Shown: piece by piece, positions 9,272 through 18,338 of the stretch
Position numbering within the stretch: the first letter of the stretch is position 1
Layout: every line of letters starts with the position of its first letter
Origin: an uncultured Gemmatimonadales bacterium
GTDB lineage: Bacteria; Gemmatimonadota; Gemmatimonadetes; Gemmatimonadales; GWC2-71-9
Direction of reading: 5' to 3'
Length of the DNA stretch: 64,000 nucleotides
NCBI GenBank assembly: GCA_963771275.1
Contig: CAVYSW010000010.1
Coordinates: forward strand, 128,001 to 192,000
Program-made: the position numbers and the translations under genes
Notes under the pieces: generated by a model
The model's database searches: none
What the model was told of the DNA's origin: nothing
What the model saw: only the letters and a program-made list of their open reading frames with translations

Positions 9272-9763
9272 ATGGCGTTCGATGCGTTCCTCAAGCTCAA
9301 GGGTGTCGAAGGCGAGGCCACGAAGGCGGGCTTCGAGAAGCAGATCCCGGTGCTGTCGTTCAGCTTCGGCGCGCACAACCCGAGCAGCCCGGTGGGGAGC
9401 GGGGCCGGCGCGGGCAAGGTCTCGATCAGCGGCTTCACGATCTCGAAGTGGACCGACAAGTCGAGCGCCCAGCTGTTCCAGACGTGCTGCACCGGCAAGC
9501 ACTTCCCGGACGCCAAGCTCACGCTGCTGAAGGCGGGCGGCGACAAGCCGGTGGAGTACCTCACGTACGAGTTCAAGGAGCTGTTCGTCAACGACATCAA
9601 CTGGTCGGGCTCCAGCGGTGGCGACGACGTGCCGATGGAGACCGTGAGCTTCTCGTTCGCGTCCGTGCAGGTGACGTACACCGAGCAGAAGGCCGACGGG
9701 ACGCCGGGCACGCCGCAGATCGGCGGCTGGGATCTCAAGGCGGGCAAAGCCCTTGGGAAGTGA
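9272..9763 (+). CDS. hcp: T6SS tube protein Hcp/TssD
   Basis: MAFDAFLKL.GVEGE, FTISKWTDKSSAQL, GKHF, ETVSFSF..VQVTYTEQ, GWDLK; strong RBS AAGGAGG. Confidence 0.96.
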   Translation: MAFDAFLKLKGVEGEATKAGFEKQIPVLSFSFGAHNPSSPVGSGAGAGKVSISGFTISKWTDKSSAQLFQTCCTGKHFPDAKLTLLKAGGDKPVEYLTYEFKELFVNDINWSGSSGGDDVPMETVSFSFASVQVTYTEQKADGTPGTPQIGGWDLKAGKALGK

Positions 9764-10463
9764 GGCGCTGTTTCGCGAGGGGAAGCTGGACGAGGCGGTC
9801 GAGGCGCTCGGGAAGGAGCTGCAGCGGGACCCGACCGACCTCCGGAAGCGTACGTTCTTGTTCGAGTTGCTCTGCTTCGCCGGCAAGTACGATCGCGCGG
9901 AGAAGCACCTCGATGTGATCGCGGGGGCCAGTCCCGACGCGGCGCTGGGCGCGCTGGTGTACCGCAGCGCGCTCCACGCCGAGCGGATCCGGCAGGAAAT
10001 GTTCCGGACCGGGGAATACCCGCACCGTAGCGCCCGCGCGGTGTCGGGGACGCTGAACGGGGAACCGTTCAGCTCCCTCACCGACGCGGACCCGCGGATC
10101 GGAGCCCGCCTCGAGGTGTTCGCCGCCGGGGAGTACCAGTGGCTGCCCCTCGAGCACGTCGCATCGGTCCGGCTGGACCCGCCCAAGCGTCTGCGCGATC
10201 TCCTCTGGACGCCCGCGATCCTGCGGACGGGACCGGCGTTCAAGGGGGTCGAGCTCGGGGAAGTGCTGCTCCCCGTTCTGGCGCCGGGCTCGTGGGAGGA
10301 CGTCGACGACGCGGTCCGCCTCGGTCACGTCACGGGGTGGCTCGCCGACGGCGCGCACGAGGTGCCCGTCGGACAGAAGCTGCTGCTGGTCGACGGCGAG
10401 GAATTCCCCATCCTCGAGCTGCGGGAGCTCGAGATCGCTGCAGGGGCCGCCACTTCCACCTGA
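9753..10463 (+). CDS. tagJ: T6SS accessory TagJ/ImpE (SciE) family protein
   Basis: N-terminal TPR-like G.LDEAV..L...DP.D...R.FLFELLCFAG; LTDADPRIG..LEVF..GEYQWLP, PKRLRDLLW, GQKLL. Confidence 0.9.
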   Translation: MGSEALFREGKLDEAVEALGKELQRDPTDLRKRTFLFELLCFAGKYDRAEKHLDVIAGASPDAALGALVYRSALHAERIRQEMFRTGEYPHRSARAVSGTLNGEPFSSLTDADPRIGARLEVFAAGEYQWLPLEHVASVRLDPPKRLRDLLWTPAILRTGPAFKGVELGEVLLPVLAPGSWEDVDDAVRLGHVTGWLADGAHEVPVGQKLLLVDGEEFPILELRELEIAAGAATST

Positions 10464-10469
10464 GCGCGC

Positions 10470-12278
10470 ATGCCTGCCATTGACTCGCTGTTGAAGCCCA
10501 TCCCGGGTCCACAGCCAACCGGCGCCAGCCTGCGGTACGACCCGATCTACGACAAGATCAAGGAGGCGCGGCGGGAGGAGGCCGGCGTCCCCGAGTGGGA
10601 CGTCAAGCCGAAGGTCGCCGACTGGCCGCAGGTCGTGCGGCTCGCCAGTGAGGCCCTGACCGGCAAGTCGAAGGACCTCCAGATCGCTGCCTGGCTCACC
10701 GAGGCGCTGCTGCGGCAGGAGGGGATCAAGGGCCTGCGCGATGGCCTGGGGCTGATGCAGGGCCTGCTCGAGCGGTACTGGGATGGCCTGTATCCGGAGC
10801 TGGAGGACGGTGACGCCGAGTTCCGCGCGGCCCCGCTCCAGTGGATCGGGGACTACCTCGTCGCCGGGGTCCGCGCGGCGCCGATCTCCAAGGCCGGCCA
10901 CAACGCCCTGCAGCATGCCGAGTCCCGCACGCTCGGTTACGAGAAGGACCTGGAAGGGGACGAAGGGAAGAGCGAGGCGCGCAAGGCGGCGCTCGCGGGG
11001 GGGAAGCTCGCGCCCGAGGAGTTCGACAAGGGGTTCGAGGCCACCCCCAAGGCGTGGTACAAGGCCCTGATGGCCGATCTCGCCGGCGCGCTCGAGGCGC
11101 TCAAGGCGCTCGACGCACTGAGCACGGAGAAGTTCGGCGGCGGCGCTCCGAGCTTCATGAAACTGCGCGGCGCCGTCGAGGACGTGCAGCGCGTCGTCGA
11201 GGGGCTGCTCGCCAAGAAGCTGGAGACGGATCCCGACCCCGTCGATGCGACGCCCATGGCGATCGGAGGCGTGGCGGCCGGCGCGGCGCCCGCCGCCGGC
11301 GCTCAGGTGCTCTCGGCGGAGCCGATCAGCGTCGACGACGCCGCCGGTCGGATCGCCGCCGCCGCACGCTACCTGCAGCGAGCCGATCCCCAGAGTCCGG
11401 CCTCCTATCTCCTGCTGCGGGGCTTTCGCTGGGGCGAGTTGCGCGCCCGGGGCGGCGCGCTCGAGCCGCGCCAGCTGGCCGCGCCGCCCACCGACATCCG
11501 GACCCGGCTCAAGGGCCTGCTGCTCGACGGGAAATGGGCGGAGCTGCTGAGTGCGAGCGAAGCGGTGATGGCGACCCCGTTCGGCCGCGGCTGGCTCGAC
11601 CTGCAGCGCTACGTGCTGACGGCGTTTGACAACCTCGGCGCGGAGTACGAGCCGGCGGCGCGCGCCGTGCGGGTCGCCCTTGCGGCCCTGCTGCGGGACT
11701 TCCCGGGGCTGGTCGACGCGACGCTGATGGACGACACGTCGACCGCGAACGCCGAGACGCGCGAATGGCTGCGGCAGCAGTCGCTGGGGGATCTCGCGCC
11801 GGAGGCCGCGGGAGCGGTGGCCGGTCCGGCGGCGCCGCGGGCGGCAGGGGTTACCGCAGGGTTCGACGCGATCCACGAGCGCGCCATGCAGGAGGTCCGG
11901 GCCGGCCACGCCGACGCCGGCATCCAGCTGCTGATGCGCGAGGCGGAACGCGAACAGACCCCGCGCGGCCGCTTCCTCCGCCGGGCGCAGGCCGCGGCGA
12001 TCATGGTGGACCACGGGCTCGAGCCGGTGGCGCTCCCCGTGCTGCGCGAGCTCGTGACGCGGATCGAGGCCCACCACCTCGAGGATTGGGAGGCCGGCGA
12101 TCTGGTCGCACGTCCGCTGGGGCTGCTGTACCGCTGTCTCCAGATGGTGGAGGGCGACTCCAGCGAGGCGCAGGAGCTGTATCGGCAGGTGTGCCGGCTG
12201 GATCCGCTGCAGGCCATGGCGTTCGCCGGGACCCGCACCGCGGCCGCGCCCGAGGCGGCCGCGGACGCCGCCGGCTGA
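10470..12278 (+). CDS. tssA: T6SS protein TssA (ImpA N-terminal domain, long form)
   Basis: LLKPIPG.QPTG.SLRY..IYD.IKEARRE, ADW..V, SKDLQIAAWLTEAL, YWDGLYP; C-terminal region with WLDLQRY and LEDWE. Confidence 0.92.
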   Translation: MPAIDSLLKPIPGPQPTGASLRYDPIYDKIKEARREEAGVPEWDVKPKVADWPQVVRLASEALTGKSKDLQIAAWLTEALLRQEGIKGLRDGLGLMQGLLERYWDGLYPELEDGDAEFRAAPLQWIGDYLVAGVRAAPISKAGHNALQHAESRTLGYEKDLEGDEGKSEARKAALAGGKLAPEEFDKGFEATPKAWYKALMADLAGALEALKALDALSTEKFGGGAPSFMKLRGAVEDVQRVVEGLLAKKLETDPDPVDATPMAIGGVAAGAAPAAGAQVLSAEPISVDDAAGRIAAAARYLQRADPQSPASYLLLRGFRWGELRARGGALEPRQLAAPPTDIRTRLKGLLLDGKWAELLSASEAVMATPFGRGWLDLQRYVLTAFDNLGAEYEPAARAVRVALAALLRDFPGLVDATLMDDTSTANAETREWLRQQSLGDLAPEAAGAVAGPAAPRAAGVTAGFDAIHERAMQEVRAGHADAGIQLLMREAEREQTPRGRFLRRAQAAAIMVDHGLEPVALPVLRELVTRIEAHHLEDWEAGDLVARPLGLLYRCLQMVEGDSSEAQELYRQVCRLDPLQAMAFAGTRTAAAPEAAADAAG

Positions 12279-12291
12279 GCCGAGGCGACCG

Positions 12292-12774
12292 GTGGAGCAG
12301 GCCGTCACCCTGTCGGTGCTCGACCGACTGATCGACCGCGACCCCGGCAACCCCGTCGAGCGCCCGTTGACGTGGGCCCAGTCGGTCCAGGTGCTCAAGG
12401 CGGCGGTGCGCCGCGACCTGGAGTGGCTGCTCAACACGCGGCGCGTCATCGAGCCCGCGCCCGAGGGGGCGACCGAGCTTCCCACGTCGCTGTACCTGTT
12501 CGGCCTGCCGGACATCAGCTCGATGAGCGCCGACTCCCCCGACGTCACGGTGCAGCTGCGGCGTTACCTGGAAGAGGTGATCGCGGTGTTCGAGCCGCGC
12601 CTCACGAACGTCCGCGTGGCCCTGGCGGACGCGGAAGAGGGCGGGGCGCGCGAGCTGCGCTTCGTGATCGACGGGTTGCTCGACATGGACCCGAGCCCCG
12701 AGCACGTGCAGTTCGACACGGTGCTGCAGTCGGCGAGCGGCAAGTTCGACGTCGCGGGAGACGGCGGTGCGTGA
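12292..12774 (+). CDS. tssE: T6SS baseplate protein TssE (gp25-like)
   Basis: SVLDRLID, VRRDLEWLLNTR, FGLPD, FEPRLTNVRV, LRFVIDG. Confidence 0.95.
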   Translation: MEQAVTLSVLDRLIDRDPGNPVERPLTWAQSVQVLKAAVRRDLEWLLNTRRVIEPAPEGATELPTSLYLFGLPDISSMSADSPDVTVQLRRYLEEVIAVFEPRLTNVRVALADAEEGGARELRFVIDGLLDMDPSPEHVQFDTVLQSASGKFDVAGDGGA

Positions 12775-14605
12775 AGACCTGCTGTACTACTACGAGCGCG
12801 AGCTCGCGTTCCTGCGGCGTCTCGGCGCCGAGTTCGCGCAGAAGTACCCCAAGATCGCGGCGCGACTCCAGCTGGAGCCCGACAAGTGCGAGGACCCGCA
12901 CGTCGAGCGCCTGCTCGAGGGCTTCGCGTTCCTCACCGCGCGGGTCCACCTCAAGATCGACGACGACTTCCCGGAGATCAGCGAGGCGCTGCTCAACGTC
13001 CTCTACCCGCACTACCTGCGGCCGATTCCCTCGATGTCCCTGGTCGAGTTCCGGCTCGATCCGGAGCAGGGCAAGCTCACGACCGGGCTGACGATCCCGC
13101 GCCAGTCGCTGCTGTACTCCCGGCCGATCGGGGGGACGCCCTGCAAGTTCAGCACGTGCTACCCGACCACGCTGTGGCCGGTGGACGTCACCGCCGCGCG
13201 CTGGACGACGCCGGACCAGCTGCGGCCGCCGGTGAAGGCGAGCGACGCCACGGCGGCGCTGCGCCTCGAGCTCACCTGTTTCCCCGACGTCCGGTTCGAC
13301 CAGCTGGGCCTGGATACGCTGCGCCTGTTCCTCCACGGCGCGGGCAATCTCGTGGGTACCCTGTACGAGCTGCTCGGCAACAACTGCGCGACCATCCTCG
13401 TGCGCGATCCGACGCGGAGCGATCGGCCGCCCGTCGTGCTGCCGGGGTCGGCGCTGCGCCCCGTCGGGTTCGAGGCCGACGAGGGCATGCTGCCGTTCCC
13501 GCAGCGCTCGCTCACTGCCTACCGGCTGCTGCAGGAGTATTTCACGTTCCCGCAGAAGTTCTCGTGCTACGACCTCACGGGGCTGGATCGCCTGCGGGGG
13601 GCGGGCTTCGGGCAGAAGGCCGAGGTGGTGTTCCTGATCGGGGCCTTCGAGCGGCGCGAGCGCGCAGAGATGCTCGAGTCGGGGGTGTCCGCGGCGACGC
13701 TGCGGCTGGGATGCACGCCGGTGATCAACGTCTTTCCGCAGACGGCGGAGCCGGTGCTGCTGACCCAGAAGGCCCACGAGTATCCCATCATCGCCGATGC
13801 CCGGCGGCGGGACGGCGTGCACGTGTTCTCCGTCGACGAGGTGGTGGCGGTGACGCCCGACTCCCCCGAGCCGGTGCGGTTTGAGCCGATGTACGGCCAC
13901 CGCCACGCGGCGAGCGCCGGCGCCTCGGGCCTGTTCTGGTACGCGCGCCGCAAGCCCACCGTGTGGCAGGCCGAGGGCGGGACCGACGTGTACCTGTCGT
14001 TCGTGGATCTGTCCGGCCGGACCGCCCAGCCGGGGTACGAGGCGGTGACGGCCCGGCTCACCGCCTACAACGGCGACCTTCCCAGCCGCCTCCCGTTCGG
14101 CGACGAGGGGGGGGACTTCCAGCTCCCGGGCGGCGGGCCGATCCAGCGGATTCGCGCCCTCGTCAAGCCGACCCCGGCGATCCCGCCGCCGCAGGGCCGC
14201 ACCCAGCTCTGGCGGCTGATCTCCCAGCTGTCGCTCAACTACATGTCCCTGGTCGAAGGCGGTGCCGAGGCGCTCCAGGAGCTGCTGCGGCTGCACAACT
14301 TCGGCGACTCGGGCGTCGCCGAGCGGCACATCCAGAGCATCGCCGCGCTCAAGAGCGAGCCGTGCTATACGCGCATCCGCACCGATCACGGCCTGACGTT
14401 CGCGCGCGGGCACCGCGTCAGCGTCACGCTCGACGAAGAGCAGTTCGCCGGCGGCGGCGTCTATCTGTTCGCCAGCATCCTGGAGCGCTTCCTGGGGATG
14501 TACACCTCGCTGAACAGCTTCTCGATCCTGGCGGCGCGCACGCAACAGCGGAAGGAGGACCTGCGGGCTTGGCCACCACGAGCGGGTCACAAGGCCCTCC
14601 TGTAG
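12767..14605 (+). CDS. tssF: T6SS baseplate protein TssF
   Basis: LLYYYERELAFLRRLGAEFA..YPKIAARL, DPHVERLLEGFAFL, YRLLQEYF.FP.KF, LWRLISQLSLNY, SLNSF. Confidence 0.96.
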   Translation: MREDLLYYYERELAFLRRLGAEFAQKYPKIAARLQLEPDKCEDPHVERLLEGFAFLTARVHLKIDDDFPEISEALLNVLYPHYLRPIPSMSLVEFRLDPEQGKLTTGLTIPRQSLLYSRPIGGTPCKFSTCYPTTLWPVDVTAARWTTPDQLRPPVKASDATAALRLELTCFPDVRFDQLGLDTLRLFLHGAGNLVGTLYELLGNNCATILVRDPTRSDRPPVVLPGSALRPVGFEADEGMLPFPQRSLTAYRLLQEYFTFPQKFSCYDLTGLDRLRGAGFGQKAEVVFLIGAFERRERAEMLESGVSAATLRLGCTPVINVFPQTAEPVLLTQKAHEYPIIADARRRDGVHVFSVDEVVAVTPDSPEPVRFEPMYGHRHAASAGASGLFWYARRKPTVWQAEGGTDVYLSFVDLSGRTAQPGYEAVTARLTAYNGDLPSRLPFGDEGGDFQLPGGGPIQRIRALVKPTPAIPPPQGRTQLWRLISQLSLNYMSLVEGGAEALQELLRLHNFGDSGVAERHIQSIAALKSEPCYTRIRTDHGLTFARGHRVSVTLDEEQFAGGGVYLFASILERFLGMYTSLNSFSILAARTQQRKEDLRAWPPRAGHKALL

Positions 14606-15621
14606 CGGACGACACGGACCTGCTGGTCCGGCTGTCGGACGAGGCCACGTCGTTCGGCTTCTTCCAGGCGGTGCGTCTGCTGGAACGGCTGTTCGCCGAG
14701 CGGCGGCCGGTGGGCGAGTTCGGCAATCCGGCCGACGAGGCGGTGCGGTTCGTCGTGACGCCGGCGATTGCGTTCCCGCCAAGCGAGGTTCGCCACATCG
14801 AGCTGCACACCGAGCCCCCCGAGATGTCGGTCAATTTCCTGGGGCTCACCGGGCCGCAGGGCGTGCTGCCGTACCACTACAGCCTGCTGGTCGGCGACCG
14901 ACTGCGCGCGGGCGACCGGGCCCCGAAGGCGTTCCTCGACCTGTTCCACCACCGGCTCATCTCGCTGTTCTACCGGGCCTGGCTCAAGCACCGCTTCGTG
15001 GCGGGCTACGAGCGCGACCAGCACGATCCGGTGACCGAGCATCTGCTGGATGTGGTCGGGGTGGGGCTCGAGGCGTTCCGCGGGCGGCTTCCCGTGAGCG
15101 ACCAGGTGCTCGCGTTCTACGCGGGGCTCCTGGCGCCGCAACAGCGGTCGGCCGGCGCGCTCGAGGGTATCCTCGCCGACTACTTCGACGTCCCCGTGAC
15201 GGTCGAGCAGTTCGTGGGCGGGTGGTATCCCCTGGCGACCGCCACGCGGTGCGCCCTTGGTGACGAGCGCGACGAGTCGAGCCAGCTCGGCCTCGGCGCG
15301 GTGGTGGGGGATGAGGTGTGGGATCAGCAGGCCCGCGTGCGCATTCGCATCGGGCCGCTCAGCCGGGCGCGCTACGGGGAATTCCTCCCCGGCGGCGCCG
15401 CGTATCGCACGCTGCAGGCCCTGACGGCCTTCTTCAGCGATGACCGGTTCGACTTCGAAGTGCAGCTCGTGCTCACGCGCGGCGATGTTCCGCCCTGCGT
15501 GCTCGACGACGGGGACCGCGCAGGCCTGCCGCTCGGCTGGGCCACGTGGATCCGCACCCAGCCGTTCGCGCGCGACGCGGACGAGACCATTCTCACGTTC
15601 GGCCACGGGGAACCGACATGA
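14569..15621 (+). CDS. tssG: T6SS baseplate protein TssG
   Basis: In ORF 13963..15621, probable TTG start 14569 overlapping the tssF end; FGFFQAVRLLE, NFLGLTGPQGVLP, FLDLFHHRL.SLFYRAW.K, LGWATW. Confidence 0.93.
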   Translation: MATTSGSQGPPVADDTDLLVRLSDEATSFGFFQAVRLLERLFAERRPVGEFGNPADEAVRFVVTPAIAFPPSEVRHIELHTEPPEMSVNFLGLTGPQGVLPYHYSLLVGDRLRAGDRAPKAFLDLFHHRLISLFYRAWLKHRFVAGYERDQHDPVTEHLLDVVGVGLEAFRGRLPVSDQVLAFYAGLLAPQQRSAGALEGILADYFDVPVTVEQFVGGWYPLATATRCALGDERDESSQLGLGAVVGDEVWDQQARVRIRIGPLSRARYGEFLPGGAAYRTLQALTAFFSDDRFDFEVQLVLTRGDVPPCVLDDGDRAGLPLGWATWIRTQPFARDADETILTFGHGEPT

Positions 15622-18323
15622 CCGTCAACCTGCGATCGCTCATTGGGCGGTTGAATCACGAAACGCGAAACGCGGTTGAGGCGGCCGCCGGTCTCTGCCT
15701 GAGCCGGACCCACTACGACGTCGAGATTGAGCACTACCTGATGAAGGTGCTCGACGCGAGCGACGGGGACGTCGCCCTCATCCTCAAGCATTTCGGAGTG
15801 GACCGCTCCCGGCTGGCCAAAGACCTCACGCAGGCGCTCGACCGCCTGAAGACCGGGAACGCCCGGACGCCGTCGCTCAGCCCGACGCTCGTCAAGATGC
15901 TCTCGGACGCGTGGCTGCTCGGCTCCCTGGAGTACGGCGACAGTCAAATCCGCACCGGGCATACGCTGCTCGTGCTCGCGACGAACGACGAGCTGCGGCG
16001 GCTGATGCTGGACACGAGCCGTGAGTTCCAGAAGGTCTCGGGCGAGACGCTGCGGGCGGAGTTCGCCACCATCGTGGCGAACTCGGTCGAGGAGGTGGCG
16101 GCCCCGGCCGCCGGCGGGCCCGGCGGCGCGCCCGGGCGCCCGGGCGGGAAGACCCCCAACCTCGATCAGTTCACGACGAACCTCACCGACCGCGCCCGCG
16201 AAGGCAAGCTCGACCCCGTGCTCGGCCGCGACTTCGAGGTCCGGCAGGTGGTGGACATTCTCACCAGGCGACGGCAGAACAACCCGATCCTGGTGGGTGA
16301 GGCGGGCGTGGGGAAGACCGCGGTGGTCGAAGGGTTCGCGATGCGCATCGTCCAGGGCGACGTGCCCCCCGTGCTGCGCAACGTCACGCTGCGCGGCCTG
16401 GATCTCGCCCTGCTGCAGGCCGGCGCCGGGGTCAAAGGCGAGTTCGAGAACCGGCTCAAGGGGCTGATCGAGGAGGTGCGCTCGTCCGAGACGCCGATCA
16501 TCCTGTTTATCGACGAGGCGCACACCATGATCGGGGCGGGGGGCGCGGCGGGGCAGGGCGACGCGGCCAACCTGCTCAAGCCCGCCCTGGCCCGCGGCGA
16601 GCTGCGCACCATCGCCGCCACCACGTGGTCGGAATACAAGAAGTACTTCGAGAAGGACCCGGCGCTGGCGCGACGGTTCCAGCTCGTCAAGGTCGACGAG
16701 CCGACCGAGGAAAGCTGCGCCCTGATGATGCGGGCCGTGGCGCCGAGCCTGGAGAAGCACCATCACGTCCGCATCCTCGACGACGCGATCGACGCGGCCG
16801 TGCGGCTGTCGCACCGCTATCTCGCGGACCGTCAGCTACCCGACAAGGCCGTGAGCGTGCTCGACACGGCGTGCGCCCGGCTGGCCCTGGGGCAGAACGC
16901 GACGCCGGCGGCGATCGACGACGCCCGGCGTACGCTCGACGACCTCGCCGTCCAGCAGCGCGTGCTCACGCGGGAGCAGGCGGTGGGCGCGGACCATGCC
17001 GAGCGGCTCGCCCGCATCGCCGAGCGGCAGGTCGAGACCGAGCAGCGGCTCGCCGCCCTGATGCAGCGCTGGGAGGAGGAGCGGGCGCTGGTGGGGAAGG
17101 TGCGCGAGCTGCGCGAGCGGCTCGAGGCGACGGCCGAAGCGGGCGGGGAGCGGGAAAAGGGGAAGCGCAAGAGCAAGGGCGACGGCAAGGCGCCGGAGGC
17201 GCTGCGGCAGGAGTTGGTGGTGCTCAACGCGCAGCTGGCGACGCTGCAGGGCGACAGCCCGCTCGTCCCGGTGTGCGTCGACGCCGAGCTGGTCGGGGAA
17301 GTCATCTCGGGCTGGACCGGCATCCCGGTGGGCAAAATGCTGCGCGATGAGATCGGCACCGTGCTGAGCCTCGAAGAGCAGCTCGCGCGGCGCATCATCG
17401 GCCAGGCGCACGCGCTCAGCGGCATCAGCCAGCGCATCCGCACGTCGCGCGCCGGCATCGAGGACCCGAACAAGCCGGTCGGCGTCTTCATGCTGGTGGG
17501 GCCCAGCGGCGTGGGCAAGACGGAAACGGCGCTCGCCGTGTCCGATCTGCTCTACGGCGGCGAGCGGAACATCATCACGATCAACATGTCGGAGTTCCAG
17601 GAGCCCCACACGGTCTCCACCCTCAAGGGCTCGCCGCCGGGGTACGTCGGCTACGGCGAGGGCGGGGTGCTGACGGAGGCGGTGCGGCGACGGCCCTACT
17701 CGGTGGTGCTGCTCGACGAGGTCGAGAAAGCGCACCCCGACGTGCTGGAGCTGTTCTTCCAGGTGTTCGACAAGGGTGTCATGGAGGATGGCGAGGGGCG
17801 GCAGATCGACTTCAAGAACACGGTGATCATGCTGACGACCAATGCCGGCACCGACACCATCATGAAGCTGACGGCCGACCCGGAGACGGCCCCGGACTCC
17901 GCAGGGCTCGCCAAGGCGCTGAAACCGGAGCTCAACAAGACGTTCAAGCCCGCCTTCCTCGGCCGGCTCGTGATCATCCCGTACTTCCCGATCAAGGACG
18001 ACGAGATGAAGCGGATCATCCGGCTGAAGCTCGGCAAGGTCGAGCGCCGCCTCGCGGAGAGCCATCGGATCCGGCTGGCCTACGACGAGGACGTCGTCGA
18101 CGAGATCGCCCGCCGCTGCACCGAAGTCGAGAGCGGCGCCCGCAACGTGGACAACATCCTGACGAACACGCTGCTGCCCGACGTCTCCCGCCGGCTGCTG
18201 CAGGCCCTGGTGGATGGCGAGAAGCCCCAGACGATCCGCGTGGTGTTGGGTGGGGCCGGCGCGTTCGAGTACCGCTTCGAGTCGGCCGGGCCCCCAGTGC
18301 CCGCGACGCCGGCCGTGTCCTAG
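15618..18323 (+). CDS. clpV: T6SS AAA+ ATPase ClpV/TssH
   Basis: ATG 15618; RTHYDVEIEH, two Walker A motifs (GEAGVGKT, GPSGVGKT), LKGSPPGYVGYGEGGVLTEAVRR.PYSV, ESGARNVD. Confidence 0.97.
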   Translation: MTVNLRSLIGRLNHETRNAVEAAAGLCLSRTHYDVEIEHYLMKVLDASDGDVALILKHFGVDRSRLAKDLTQALDRLKTGNARTPSLSPTLVKMLSDAWLLGSLEYGDSQIRTGHTLLVLATNDELRRLMLDTSREFQKVSGETLRAEFATIVANSVEEVAAPAAGGPGGAPGRPGGKTPNLDQFTTNLTDRAREGKLDPVLGRDFEVRQVVDILTRRRQNNPILVGEAGVGKTAVVEGFAMRIVQGDVPPVLRNVTLRGLDLALLQAGAGVKGEFENRLKGLIEEVRSSETPIILFIDEAHTMIGAGGAAGQGDAANLLKPALARGELRTIAATTWSEYKKYFEKDPALARRFQLVKVDEPTEESCALMMRAVAPSLEKHHHVRILDDAIDAAVRLSHRYLADRQLPDKAVSVLDTACARLALGQNATPAAIDDARRTLDDLAVQQRVLTREQAVGADHAERLARIAERQVETEQRLAALMQRWEEERALVGKVRELRERLEATAEAGGEREKGKRKSKGDGKAPEALRQELVVLNAQLATLQGDSPLVPVCVDAELVGEVISGWTGIPVGKMLRDEIGTVLSLEEQLARRIIGQAHALSGISQRIRTSRAGIEDPNKPVGVFMLVGPSGVGKTETALAVSDLLYGGERNIITINMSEFQEPHTVSTLKGSPPGYVGYGEGGVLTEAVRRRPYSVVLLDEVEKAHPDVLELFFQVFDKGVMEDGEGRQIDFKNTVIMLTTNAGTDTIMKLTADPETAPDSAGLAKALKPELNKTFKPAFLGRLVIIPYFPIKDDEMKRIIRLKLGKVERRLAESHRIRLAYDEDVVDEIARRCTEVESGARNVDNILTNTLLPDVSRRLLQALVDGEKPQTIRVVLGGAGAFEYRFESAGPPVPATPAVS

Positions 18324-18338
18324 CCCGGGAGGTACGCG